Shown: positions 1 through 8,915 of the stretch, one piece after another | Layout: every line of letters starts with the position of its first letter | How positions within the stretch are numbered: position 1 is the stretch's first letter | From: a virus | Taxonomy: Duplodnaviria > Caudoviricetes | IMG/VR virus record: IMGVR_UViG_3300030397_000159 | Coordinates: 1-36,549 of that record | DNA: 36,549 bases | Reading direction: 5' to 3' (one strand) | Notes under the pieces: generated by a model | What the model was told of the DNA's origin: nothing | The model's database searches: none | Seen by the model: the letters and a program-made list of their open reading frames with translations, nothing else | Program-made: the position numbers and the translations under genes

Positions 1-17
1 GTTTCCCAGTCACGATC
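1..17 (+). other. Amplification primer tag (GTTTCCCAGTCACGATC), technical artefact
   Basis: Matches the fixed tag of round A/B random-PCR primers. The genomic copy of this locus (36331 onward) reads gtagGATC, so positions 1-13 are non-genomic. Confidence 0.9.
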
Positions 18-228
18 AAATGCCTGAGAGAAAGAGTCTCTGACTTTATCTAGTGATTCCTGTATCTTCGCACCATTCTGATCTAGGTCACTAGTTAGTG
101 TGCTGAGATTCTGTTTGATTATGTCGATCTCGTTGTCTATATCGTCAGTGTTACCACCAAATGCACCCTTAATCTTTGAGAGTGCGCTAAAACCAGCGTT
201 TGCTGTTGCCAATATACCAGTCTGAAAC
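14..228. repeat. Terminal direct repeat (assembly overlap), copy 1
   Basis: Identical to 36335-36549 (offset 36,321 bp). Indicates a circular or permuted complete genome. Confidence 0.97.
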
Positions 229-1172
229 AACTGCATAAGACCAAGCAGACCGCGCCCTGCAAGCTGAATGCTATTGAACACGCCAATAATAGCCTGACCT
301 GCTCTAAAGAATGCTTTACCAAGCTTGTTGATCTCCTCAGTGGTTTGAAAAAATGCCTCTTTACCATCTAATGTTGCATCAAGCAAACTAGCCATTGCTG
401 GTAGCAAGGCTCGACCGATGTTGTCTCTAAGGTTAACAACAAACGTGCTCGCTTGCTGCAACCGTTCGTTATAGGTAACTTGCAGCTCTCCAACCTGCTC
501 AATCTGCCTGCGCCCATCCTCCAAAACGGCAAACTTCAAAGCTTCACGCTTCTCATTTTCGCTAAGAGCTTGAGATGTCTTACCTAGAGACGCTGCATAT
601 CTGTCATACGCTTCTTGTTGTCTAATGACAATACCAAGGTTGTCAAGAATCAAAGGGGAACCACGACCAATACCAGTAACAATGTCATCAAAAGCTTGTG
701 TTGTGGTTAGACCGAGGTCACGAGCACGAAGACGAGCAATCTGCATCAACTCCCCAAACTCCTCAGTGCTTTCAGCAACGCCAAGCACCATAGCGCGGTT
801 GGCTGACTGGATAAGGTTAGTGTTGGCGATCGTGCCAGCACTAAACTCTTTTAGAGTACCCAGCGCCTCATCGCCACTAATACCTAGTTCTGATGAGAGT
901 CGTGTGAACGACTGTGTGAGGCTGTCGAGTTGTGCACCTGCTTTAGCTAAGCCAAAAAGACCCCTTGCTGCAAACCCAGCAATGAAGCCTTTAACTGCCG
1001 TACCAACAGAAAGAAAACCCTTTTTAAGCTTGGTGGTGTTCTTCTCTGTTTTGTCCATCGACTTACCAAGCTTTTTGACCTGTGCATCTGCTTTAGCAAT
1101 AGAGACACCAAGACCTTTAGAGTCCCCTGTGATCTTGTATATGAGTTCTCCTACTACTTGCTTTAATGCCAT
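18..1172 (-). CDS. Tape measure protein, N-terminal part (continues at 36549-35265; about 742 aa in total)
   Basis: Not in the ORF track because it runs off the edge. ATG at 1172 gives MALKQVVGELIYKITGDSKGL and later the TMP-type motif GRGSPLILDNLGI. In frame with the 35265-36533 ORF across the overlap; lies between the tail chaperones and Dit. Confidence 0.9.
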
Positions 1173-1189
1173 AAGGTGTTGATTTGTGG

Positions 1190-1456
1190 TTATTTTTTAC
1201 TTATCTGACCTACTCCAAAAAGTCCCTTTCTCAACTGGCTTACAACACTTTTTGCGTCGTTTTGACCAATCATCTTGTCAAAAGTTCCCTCTTTGAAAGT
1301 GCCACGCTTCTCAAGCACATATATGGTTTGTTTGTAGTATTCTAGTAGTTCATCAAGATAGAGTTTTCTTACATCCTGTAGTGAGAAACCACTTGTGACA
1401 AGGAAAGCTATAAGTCTACGTAACTCCTCTAGTTCTTCTTTGTTGCTTTTTTTTTT
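1190..1456 (-). CDS. Tail assembly chaperone, frameshift (G-T) extension
   Basis: The -1 frame after the A10 run (1447-1456) is open as SNKEELEELRRLIAFLVTSGFSLQDVRKLYLDELL...QISKK*. Classic position just before the tape measure gene. Confidence 0.8.
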   Translation of the reverse strand, partial: KKKSNKEELEELRRLIAFLVTSGFSLQDVRKLYLDELLEYYKQTIYVLEKRGTFKEGTFDKMIGQNDAKSVVSQLRKGLFGVGQISKK

Positions 1457-1839
1457 GACCTTTTTGCTTCTTCCTCTACGTTGCTTAGGTGCTCCGCAGT
1501 GTGGAAAGCAATAATGTCGAGCGCATCTTCTTTATCGACGTGATTCTTCAAAAAGTCCAGCTCAATATCTGGTTGATAGTGATTGAACAGTATGAGAAGT
1601 TGAGAGTATATGTGATCCCAAAACTTCTTAAACATTTCAATTTGATCTTGAGAATTAACCTCAACCTCTGTGGCTTTCAGGTCATCAATCTTGACCTGTA
1701 TCTCAAGTATTCTCTCAACTTCCTCTACAGTGTACTGCACAGGTATTTTATAAGCCCGTTTCTCACCATTAACATCTAAATAGATGATGTGTGGTTGCCT
1801 CTTTTTGAATAAGTCTAATATCGCCATATATAGTTGCAC
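1429..1839 (-). CDS. Tail assembly chaperone (gpG-like)
   Basis: Sits between major tail and tape measure genes, with a slippery A-run near the 3' end. The true start may be the second Met (MAILDLF). Confidence 0.8.
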   Translation of the reverse strand: MQLYMAILDLFKKRQPHIIYLDVNGEKRAYKIPVQYTVEEVERILEIQVKIDDLKATEVEVNSQDQIEMFKKFWDHIYSQLLILFNHYQPDIELDFLKNHVDKEDALDIIAFHTAEHLSNVEEEAKRSKKKATKKN

Positions 1840-1853
1840 AATAGAACAACACA

Positions 1854-1886
1854 GCAGCCCTACGCTTGTGCTATGCGTACGACTGC
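1854..1886 (-). terminator. Hairpin after the major tail gene (attenuator or mRNA stabiliser)
   Basis: GCAGTCGTACGC-loop-GCGTAGGGCTGC imperfect stem with only a weak U-tract. Confidence 0.45.
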
Positions 1887-1896
1887 ATCAGTGTGT

Positions 1897-2673
1897 TTAG
1901 ACAATTTGCTGCTCGTCAACGATCTCAACAATCTGACCCTCTAGCTGAATAGGTAGAATTGCCACATCTTCTTCGTCGTCACCAGCAAAGTCAATTGAGT
2001 ATGGTGTGAAGTTTGTGGCGTTGTTGATGTCAATGCGAAACTCTTTGTTGCTCTCATCAGTGTTTACAATACGCATAACCTTGAGAGTCTTTGTACCACT
2101 GTCACCAAATGTAAGATTCTTAGAAGCAGCTGGTGTGTAGTCAGCAACAATAGTAAGAGTCTGTGCCTCAGTGGTGAGTGTAGCAGTGTCTTTGACATAG
2201 ATACCCCACTGACCTGCGTGCTTCATAATGAAGTAATCAGTGTCTTCAACAAGCACACCATCTGTGCCACCTGTTACTGAGTCGATTGATGTTGGCGCTG
2301 TCCCATCTGACATCTGAAACGGAAACTGGATAAACTGATCGTATGCCCAATCACCAGAAGCAATAACGTGACTTTCGTTAGTTACTGCTGATCCTGCAAC
2401 AGTTGTGAGTGTTACAAGTCCTGCGTCAAGCGTCGCAAGGTTGGTTAGGTTGATCTCAGCAAGGTCAAATGTGAATTGTACTTTTTTACCATTCACAAAC
2501 TTCTTGAGATCGTCTACGTTGTCAAACTCAATCGCTTGATTTTCGACGAGACCAGTGAGCACTGGGTTACGGAGCGCTCCAATATCTACGAGTGATGAGA
2601 AGTTATCACCGATCTGCACTCGTACAGAACCCTTACGGATTGCTGGTGTCTTCTGTATGGTTGTTTGTGCCAT
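1897..2673 (-). CDS. Major tail tube protein
   Basis: 258 aa, beta-rich, located after the tail terminator and before the chaperones. Confidence 0.8.
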   Translation of the reverse strand: MAQTTIQKTPAIRKGSVRVQIGDNFSSLVDIGALRNPVLTGLVENQAIEFDNVDDLKKFVNGKKVQFTFDLAEINLTNLATLDAGLVTLTTVAGSAVTNESHVIASGDWAYDQFIQFPFQMSDGTAPTSIDSVTGGTDGVLVEDTDYFIMKHAGQWGIYVKDTATLTTEAQTLTIVADYTPAASKNLTFGDSGTKTLKVMRIVNTDESNKEFRIDINNATNFTPYSIDFAGDDEEDVAILPIQLEGQIVEIVDEQQIV

Positions 2674-2701
2674 ATATATTTATGTATTACTAAATGAATA
2701 A

Positions 2702-2929
2702 TTAAGCGAGTGCAAAGTGTGGATTTGTCTCGCCAAGAGCTGCATCAGCATATGCTTTTGCTACTTTGACCTCAGTGCCTTTGGCAATAAAGTTGCCGTT
2801 AGCAAGCTGTGTGTCTTGCAGCGCTACAATGCGCACACCACTCTCAACACTACTACTCTTTGTCTCCTTAGATTTCATAGAAGCGCTACGCTTCTGAGTA
2901 CTTTTGCTTTTGCTTGTTGATTTAGCCAT
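2702..2929 (-). CDS. Small hypothetical protein (Ser/Lys-rich N-terminus)
   Basis: Fills the gap in the neck/tail operon; start MAKSTSK. Confidence 0.65.
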   Translation of the reverse strand: MAKSTSKSKSTQKRSASMKSKETKSSSVESGVRIVALQDTQLANGNFIAKGTEVKVAKAYADAALGETNPHFALA

Positions 2930-2941
2930 ATGCAAATTATA

Positions 2942-3334
2942 CTAATACTTGATAATCATCTCAACTGGTACAACATAAAGCTTTGCGTCCGTATCGTAGA
3001 GTTGGCTTGAACCTAGAAACTTCATGTACTTGATCGCCTGTTGTGCCCCTAGTAGTGTCTCTGATCTATCGTCAAATATTCTGTTTACATCGTCTGCAAG
3101 TGCTCGCGCTTTTGCAAACGTGTCTCCAACACAGTTAAATTGGTATGTGACAGTACGTACCAAGGGATATGTTAAAGACTCATCTATCTTAGTATACGTT
3201 ATAGCCTGACTAACGGTAACTCCCTCTGGCACTCGTAGTGGGTATAAGTGATATCTGCTACCGCCAGCAGTTACTTTAGCAGCGACTGTAGCATCACCAG
3301 AAAGTTCATTGTAGATTGCTTCTTCAAATTGCAT
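2942..3334 (-). CDS. Tail terminator / tail completion protein (DUF3168-like)
   Basis: 130 aa, EEAIYNELSGDATVAA...YPLRVP pattern, and synteny. Confidence 0.75.
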   Translation of the reverse strand: MQFEEAIYNELSGDATVAAKVTAGGSRYHLYPLRVPEGVTVSQAITYTKIDESLTYPLVRTVTYQFNCVGDTFAKARALADDVNRIFDDRSETLLGAQQAIKYMKFLGSSQLYDTDAKLYVVPVEMIIKY

Positions 3335-3335
3335 A

Positions 3336-3659
3336 TTAAATAGGTCGTCTTACATTATTGAGCAACTTAGTGCCCTGCTTCGATATGTCTCTAGCTCCTT
3401 TACGCATCATAGCACGCGGTGGTTGGCTCACTGTTCCAAACTCAACAAATGGCGCGTATTTGACTGCTGTAGCAACTTCATAATCGAGAAAGCCTACCTT
3501 GCGACCAACAAATGAGTTACGGAGTCTACCAGTCTGTACAGGTGTACGATTTTTGACAGCGGTTTCAGTAAGCTGAACAATTTTACTTAAGTCTTTGTCG
3601 AGATTCTGAGCTGCTTTCCTGTCATCTTTGACTTTTTTTATGAATTGAGAGAAAGCCAT
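3336..3659 (-). CDS. HK97 gp10-like neck protein
   Basis: TPVQTGRLRNS...YAPFVEFGT...PRAMMR motif. Confidence 0.88.
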   Translation of the reverse strand: MAFSQFIKKVKDDRKAAQNLDKDLSKIVQLTETAVKNRTPVQTGRLRNSFVGRKVGFLDYEVATAVKYAPFVEFGTVSQPPRAMMRKGARDISKQGTKLLNNVRRPI

Positions 3660-3661
3660 GA

Positions 3662-3988
3662 TTATCCAAACTTGATTACTTTAGCGTATACCGTTTGATG
3701 ATTCGTTTTGCTGTGTTCGACAACTGACAACACCTCATATGCAGTACTGTCTACAACGATACGATCACCAAGTCTGATTGTCGTTGTTACAGCAAAATAA
3801 AAAACAAAATCCTCAAGCGTTACGTGGTAGTTGCCGTCAATAATCCTTTCACGACTCACACGATGAAAACGTGTAGCGACATTTGTAGCAACATCACTCC
3901 ACACTTGCGTAATAGCACCAGTACCATCTTGAGTCTCTGTAGGCTCTTGGATGGTACATGTTTTGTTCAACATGCTTAAAAAGCCCAT
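3662..3988 (-). CDS. Head closure protein (SPP1 gp16-like)
   Basis: CTIQEPTETQDGTGAITQVWSDV...IRLGDRIVVD...YEVLSV pattern, and synteny. Confidence 0.82.
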   Translation of the reverse strand: MGFLSMLNKTCTIQEPTETQDGTGAITQVWSDVATNVATRFHRVSRERIIDGNYHVTLEDFVFYFAVTTTIRLGDRIVVDSTAYEVLSVVEHSKTNHQTVYAKVIKFG

Positions 3989-4719
3989 TATGAGATTTGC
4001 CTTAGAAATGCGTTGCCCTCTACTTGACCAGCCTCAACAACAGCCTTAAATCCTGATGCTGGGACAGTATTGATGCGTGTGTAGTTCTTCAAGATGTCAT
4101 CAACGCTCAAGTGGTGAGCAAGACTTTTAATATCAACAAAATCTACTCGATAGTCTCCTATTGATGTGCTCTTAGTTTCTCGTATGTCTTCATCGCCTAT
4201 ATTCTCCTTTAGCACAGCTGATGCGAGTTTGAGTGCCACAAGCTTTATATCTGCGGGCACATCATCAGAGTATCGCCACTTACCCTCGATAACTACGTTA
4301 CGTTGTCCTATTTCAAACACATACGGTGACGACTTCACGATCCGCGAGTTAGCATTGATCTTGGTCTCTGGTTGGATTAACTCTATCCAGTAGTACGGCG
4401 TACTTTGATTTACTGCGTTGAGTGGGTAGAGGTAAAAGTCATCGTTTTCTACAAGCAGCTGGTTATCCACAGTCAGACTTGTAAAGTTTTTTAGATCACC
4501 CACAAAAAGCTGCGTCTGACCATTGCCATTAAAGTATCGAGTCTCTGCATTGTCTGGGGTTGGGGCTTCAAAAATACGCTTGCCAAATACTGAGTCACCA
4601 CACAATTGCTCTATATAACTTGTCACCTGAGAGATAACAAGGTCAGCAAACGTGTCGAGTGCGCTTGTGAAGTTGACCCCTGTAAAGTCTTTGAGTTCAT
4701 CTTTGGTGATGTATGCCAT
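3988..4719 (-). CDS. Head-tail connector (HK97 gp6 / SPP1 gp15-like) with insertion
   Basis: MAYITKDELKDF start, VPADIKLVALKLA and KSTSIGDYRV motifs. Confidence 0.82.
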   Translation of the reverse strand: MAYITKDELKDFTGVNFTSALDTFADLVISQVTSYIEQLCGDSVFGKRIFEAPTPDNAETRYFNGNGQTQLFVGDLKNFTSLTVDNQLLVENDDFYLYPLNAVNQSTPYYWIELIQPETKINANSRIVKSSPYVFEIGQRNVVIEGKWRYSDDVPADIKLVALKLASAVLKENIGDEDIRETKSTSIGDYRVDFVDIKSLAHHLSVDDILKNYTRINTVPASGFKAVVEAGQVEGNAFLRQIS

Positions 4720-4749
4720 GATCTAAATTATAACATTAAAGGTTAAAGA

Positions 4750-6573
4750 TTATAGTGGTGAATACCTATCTACCTGACTGTATCTATCATCAGTGTGGGG
4801 GAAATATCTATCTTGCTGGCTGTAGTCTTTCACTTGATTGACCTGATATTGCATTGATTTGGTGATCGAAAAAATCTCTTGCCCTAGACTGTAGGTCAAA
4901 GACTTCGTTACGACAGCATCTGTAGTAACTGTATATTTGATTGACTTGGTAAGAGACTCAGAAGATATAACCTCATAACTCAGACTTTTTGTCTGCAACA
5001 TTGCCTTAAACAAATGATATGCCAAGGACTTAGTGATGCCTGTGCCTTGCAAAATGGCGTAGGTGAGTGCTTTGCTTATCTCCTCATTGTCCTTGAGAGC
5101 GTATCTAAGAGCCTTTGTCGTCGTATCCACCTCAGTATTCACAGAATACGTCAAAGCCTTTGTAAGAGCAGCTGGTGTAGCCTGAACAACGTATGTAAGT
5201 GACTTCGTTATGCTTGTTTCTACTTCAACGTGATACTCAAGCGTCTTTGTCATCAACGCTGTTCTCTGCATGTGATATGCAAAACTCTTGGTCACGGTCG
5301 TATCTGAAACTGCATTGACTACATACCTGAGTTCTTTTGTTGTTGAGTCTTCTGTCGTCTCAACTGTGTACTTCAAGCTCTTAGTAAGAGACGTGTCAGC
5401 TTCAACCAAATATGTAAGTGACTTGGTTACGATCTCTTCTTGACTGATCGAATATACAAGTGATTTAGAGATAGATGTGTTAGTAAACAACACATATCTC
5501 ATGAGTTTTGTTACTGACTCCTCACTAAACAAGTAGTACGTCAGTGACTTAGTTTGCGACGGGCTTGTGATGACCTCATATTGCAAAGCTTTCGTAACTG
5601 ACGGGCTTAGCTGCAATTGATACGTGAGAACTTTCGTCACAGGTACCTCTGATAGCACCTCATAGGTCAAAGACTTGTTTATCGTAGTGATAAAACCTAT
5701 GTCATACCTCAACGACTTGGTGATGCTATCTTGAGTATCCTCGATGGTGTATGTAAGCGACTTGGTGACACTGTCGCTGGTGACGAATCTATACGTCAGC
5801 GATTTAGTGATACTTGTGCCGTCAACAACGCTATAACCAAGTGTCTTAGTGATCGTGGTATCTGCAATAACTGAGTATTTGAGAGATTTGGTCAGAGACG
5901 CATCAGTAACAACCTCATAGTTAAGAGATTTGGTTTGTGAAAGGGTATCGAGACCAAAGTTAATCTCGATAGCTAGAGCGTTGGTGTTGCTGCTTGCAAG
6001 TGTCGTCCAATTCACGACATTACCAGTACCGTGCTCTGTCTGCATTCTGATGTTGTTGCTTGCGCCACCTGTGTCAGTTTCCTGTAATTCTGTTTCTCCA
6101 GCTCCAGCAGTAATACCTGTACCGTTGCGGTTTTGCACCATACCAAACGCTGCATTGCCTGCTGCGATACCAGCAAGTGTTACGTTTATGGTTGTGCCTG
6201 ACGCCTGAGAGTTGGCACCATTCTCAGAAACAGCGTCGTCTGGATCATGACCAATACATTCATCTACTGAGAGGTTTTGCCTGATGGTCGTTGAGCCAAG
6301 ATCAACACTTACTGTACCTGAACCTGAAACATAACCAGTACCCACGAAGATACTAGCTGTGAGTATTCCCGTTACGTTATTAAACTTTTCCCATGTGATC
6401 GTATCAGAAAAAGAGTCAGTGATCGTGTGATCCTGACCTGCGCTCAAATCAACACTAGCAACTGAGACAATAATAAGTGCCCCAGAAGAGGGCGTAAAAC
6501 TAGACGTAGTAACATCAGACGCACTAGTTGCGTTTGCTAGATTTATTAAGTTTGCAAAATCTCTTACTGCCAT
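4750..6573 (-). CDS. Putative head/neck fibre with 26 TKSLxY repeats
   Basis: 607 aa: an approximately 205-aa Ser/Thr/Gly-rich beta domain, then 26 repeats of 14-16 aa. Lies in the head-neck module; function inferred. Confidence 0.6.
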   Translation of the reverse strand: MAVRDFANLINLANATSASDVTTSSFTPSSGALIIVSVASVDLSAGQDHTITDSFSDTITWEKFNNVTGILTASIFVGTGYVSGSGTVSVDLGSTTIRQNLSVDECIGHDPDDAVSENGANSQASGTTINVTLAGIAAGNAAFGMVQNRNGTGITAGAGETELQETDTGGASNNIRMQTEHGTGNVVNWTTLASSNTNALAIEINFGLDTLSQTKSLNYEVVTDASLTKSLKYSVIADTTITKTLGYSVVDGTSITKSLTYRFVTSDSVTKSLTYTIEDTQDSITKSLRYDIGFITTINKSLTYEVLSEVPVTKVLTYQLQLSPSVTKALQYEVITSPSQTKSLTYYLFSEESVTKLMRYVLFTNTSISKSLVYSISQEEIVTKSLTYLVEADTSLTKSLKYTVETTEDSTTKELRYVVNAVSDTTVTKSFAYHMQRTALMTKTLEYHVEVETSITKSLTYVVQATPAALTKALTYSVNTEVDTTTKALRYALKDNEEISKALTYAILQGTGITKSLAYHLFKAMLQTKSLSYEVISSESLTKSIKYTVTTDAVVTKSLTYSLGQEIFSITKSMQYQVNQVKDYSQQDRYFPHTDDRYSQVDRYSPL

Positions 6574-6576
6574 GCG

Positions 6577-6945
6577 TTATCTTTTTAGCTTTGGTTGATC
6601 TTCTCGCTTCTCACCACCATCACCTTTAGGGTCTGGCTTAGGTGGCTCATCACCATTGTTTTTGATTTCTTCGTACTCGTTTTCGTCAGTCTTGTCGTAA
6701 AACACAAGCTCTACTTTCGTCCAAACGTTCCAAAAACCATCACCTCTGACATTAACCTCAATAAGACCAGTCAAATCAATCTCACCAATCTTGTATGCCC
6801 AGAAACCATCAAGAAGTGTGTTTGCGTATATGAGGTCGCCAACTATCGCGTATTCTCCAACGTCGAGAAAACCGTTGTCAGTGTCGAAATCAAGACCTTT
6901 GTGTGAATGCTGCCAGCTTTCGCCTGCTTCTGGTATTTTGGGCAT
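6577..6945 (-). CDS. Hypothetical protein
   Basis: Probable start MPKIPE at 6945; the ORF track extends it to a GTG at 7020. Confidence 0.6.
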   Translation of the reverse strand: MPKIPEAGESWQHSHKGLDFDTDNGFLDVGEYAIVGDLIYANTLLDGFWAYKIGEIDLTGLIEVNVRGDGFWNVWTKVELVFYDKTDENEYEEIKNNGDEPPKPDPKGDGGEKREDQPKLKR

Positions 6946-7032
6946 AGTCGAGTAATACGATAAAAGTAATGTGTTTAGAGTATCTGTATACTCACATATC
7001 ACTGTTTGTTGCTGTATCACTCGTATCTTTAC

Positions 7033-7461
7033 CTACTTTCGACTGTCATAGTTGGTGATGCTAATCATGTCGTTTGGCAAAATCTGCAATAGTGTCTTGC
7101 GATTCTTGCCCCCTACTGTCTCTTGAAATCCAAACATATAAGTCCGTATGCGCTTCTCATGCTTTGTTGCTGCATTGAACACTGTATTGCGATAGAAGTG
7201 TATAGGACGCATCCCGTCGCTCATGTGTATCTCGTAGCGCTTGGTGATATCCTCGTAGGACTGCATGACAAAGGTTTCTAGCTTCTCTTGCTCGATCTCC
7301 TTGAATTGGTGAAACACCAGAGTCTCGTCATTGAACTGCTTGAGAGCGGTACCATCGTTATATATAGCAATCCACCCCCAACGCTCAAGTGGCACTTTCA
7401 GTCTACCTTGCTCTGGGTCATTAAATATATATTCTCGTGGGATTGTTTTGTTTCTCATCAT
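7033..7461 (-). CDS. Hypothetical protein
   Basis: 142-aa ORF on the coding strand of the operon. Confidence 0.7.
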   Translation of the reverse strand: MMRNKTIPREYIFNDPEQGRLKVPLERWGWIAIYNDGTALKQFNDETLVFHQFKEIEQEKLETFVMQSYEDITKRYEIHMSDGMRPIHFYRNTVFNAATKHEKRIRTYMFGFQETVGGKNRKTLLQILPNDMISITNYDSRK

Positions 7462-7573
7462 TTTTCAATATTACTTCTTGATAAACAACAAACCTAGCAA
7501 AGCTCTCGCCTCACTAGGTGCGTACGCATTGGATTGCGATTTGAGAGTTGCATTGGATTGCAATTAAGTTGTG

Positions 7574-7852
7574 TTACTTACGGCGCGACTTCATTTTTCG
7601 TTTAGCTTCCATGAGCTTATGGTTGATGTCATGCTTATTGATGACTTCCATTTTCTCATCAAGCTCTCTTTCGATCTTTTTCTTAAGCTTACCACCGCGA
7701 GCGATGGCTGCTTTTGCGACTAAGACGCCACGCGTCCCTTGATGCTCCAAGTCCTTGGGAGAAAAACCTGTAGCTGGGGATGTGTGCTCTAGGTATTCTT
7801 CCTCAGTCCTGAATACCTTGCCACTTAGTCCGCATACGTGTCTCTTTGTCAT
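7574..7852 (-). CDS. Small basic protein with degenerate zinc-finger-like N-terminus
   Basis: MTKRHVCGLSGKVFRTEEEYLEH; the start abuts the upstream stop codon. Confidence 0.65.
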   Translation of the reverse strand: MTKRHVCGLSGKVFRTEEEYLEHTSPATGFSPKDLEHQGTRGVLVAKAAIARGGKLKKKIERELDEKMEVINKHDINHKLMEAKRKMKSRRK

Positions 7853-7853
7853 A

Positions 7854-8393
7854 CTACGCAGTTTCGTCGTACTGGTAGTTGAGTGTGCTCGTACTTCCAG
7901 CTGTAGCACCTGACGGTACTTGTATCTGGTGTACGAGATAGTCTGAGCTACCAGTCGCCGTTAGTGCACCTGACAATGATCCCCCAATACCCAAGTTAGC
8001 ACCTGATGGCTCACTTGTTGGCATAGTCTGCGTTGCGATCGTTGATGTCGTGGTTGTAGGCGTTGAATATGTCTCAGCGCCACCGTATGAGCTTTCACGA
8101 GCGTTGGTAACATGTGAGTGTGAGCCACCTGTACCAAGTGATCCTGTGCGCCATATCTTGAGATTGTCGATCTGAGATGACCCACCAAGGTTGGTGACGT
8201 GCACCTTTTGCCACTTCTCATATGAGTTTGAGTTTGGCGTAAGTGGGTTAGCAACTGGGTCAAGGTTAGCTGCATCAGTACTACCCATGTCTGTATCCGT
8301 GATGTTGTGAGTCAGTGTCTCACCTGCACCGTTTGCTTCGTCGATCTCCACTGTAGCAGCGAAACCGTCCGCAAGTCTTATTAGATGAAGCAT
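7854..8393 (-). CDS. Putative virion structural protein (decoration or fibre base)
   Basis: Thr/Ser/Gly-rich beta protein ending YQYDETA, downstream of the capsid gene. ATG at 8393. Confidence 0.65.
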   Translation of the reverse strand: MLHLIRLADGFAATVEIDEANGAGETLTHNITDTDMGSTDAANLDPVANPLTPNSNSYEKWQKVHVTNLGGSSQIDNLKIWRTGSLGTGGSHSHVTNARESSYGGAETYSTPTTTTSTIATQTMPTSEPSGANLGIGGSLSGALTATGSSDYLVHQIQVPSGATAGSTSTLNYQYDETA

Positions 8394-8425
8394 ATGCTGT
8401 TTCAATCAACTAATAATGGTTGTGG

Positions 8426-8839
8426 TTATCGTTCGATCACGACTTCTTCCATGATCTCTTTAGCTGGGCGTAGCTTTCCGCCTTTGCCTTGAGTGTTAAT
8501 CATGAGTTTCTGCGCAACTTCGTACACAACAACCTCTGGCAATTCACCCTCATAACGTACGACATACGCTGGGGATGAGTTGTCAAGCCGTTCAATTGCC
8601 TTTTTGGTGTGGTAAAGTCCAACGTCCCAAATCTCCTCGTCGTTCACGTATGAGCGCATCTTGAGATGGTAATACATACCACCCTTTACTGGGAGCGTCG
8701 ATTCTTCGTCTTGCTCTTCTACATCCTCGTCTTCACTCGCATCTGGGAGTAGTTCCTCAAGCTCTGGCTTGGTTGCGTTTGAATCAAATGGGATTCCTTT
8801 CGCATCAAGCTCTTTCATAATTTCTGCTTTAGTAGCCAT
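8426..8839 (-). CDS. HeH/LEM-domain protein
   Basis: TKAEIMKELDAKGIPFDSNATKPELEELL; typical position after the major capsid gene. Confidence 0.75.
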   Translation of the reverse strand: MATKAEIMKELDAKGIPFDSNATKPELEELLPDASEDEDVEEQDEESTLPVKGGMYYHLKMRSYVNDEEIWDVGLYHTKKAIERLDNSSPAYVVRYEGELPEVVVYEVAQKLMINTQGKGGKLRPAKEIMEEVVIER

Positions 8840-8870
8840 ATATTTACTCTTTTTAACTTAGTAATAGCTT

Positions 8871-8909
8871 AAAGAGAAGTAGGGGGATGTTTTACCATCC
8901 CCACTTCTC
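8871..8909 (-). terminator. Intrinsic terminator-like hairpin after the major capsid gene
   Basis: GAGAAGT-GGGGATG-GTAAAA-CATCCCC-CT-ACTTCTC followed by TTT. Confidence 0.7.
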
Positions 8910-8915
8910 AGTATC

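Noticed and set aside
1-17. Unique 5' sequence as a genome end or att site
   Set aside because: It is a library amplification primer tag.
14-228. 215-bp repeat as a biological terminal repeat
   Set aside because: It falls mid tape-measure gene and starts at a primer tag, so it is best explained as assembly overlap.
4463-4471. Perfect DnaA boxes inside coding regions (also near 34756)
   Set aside because: Isolated and intragenic, so compatible with chance.
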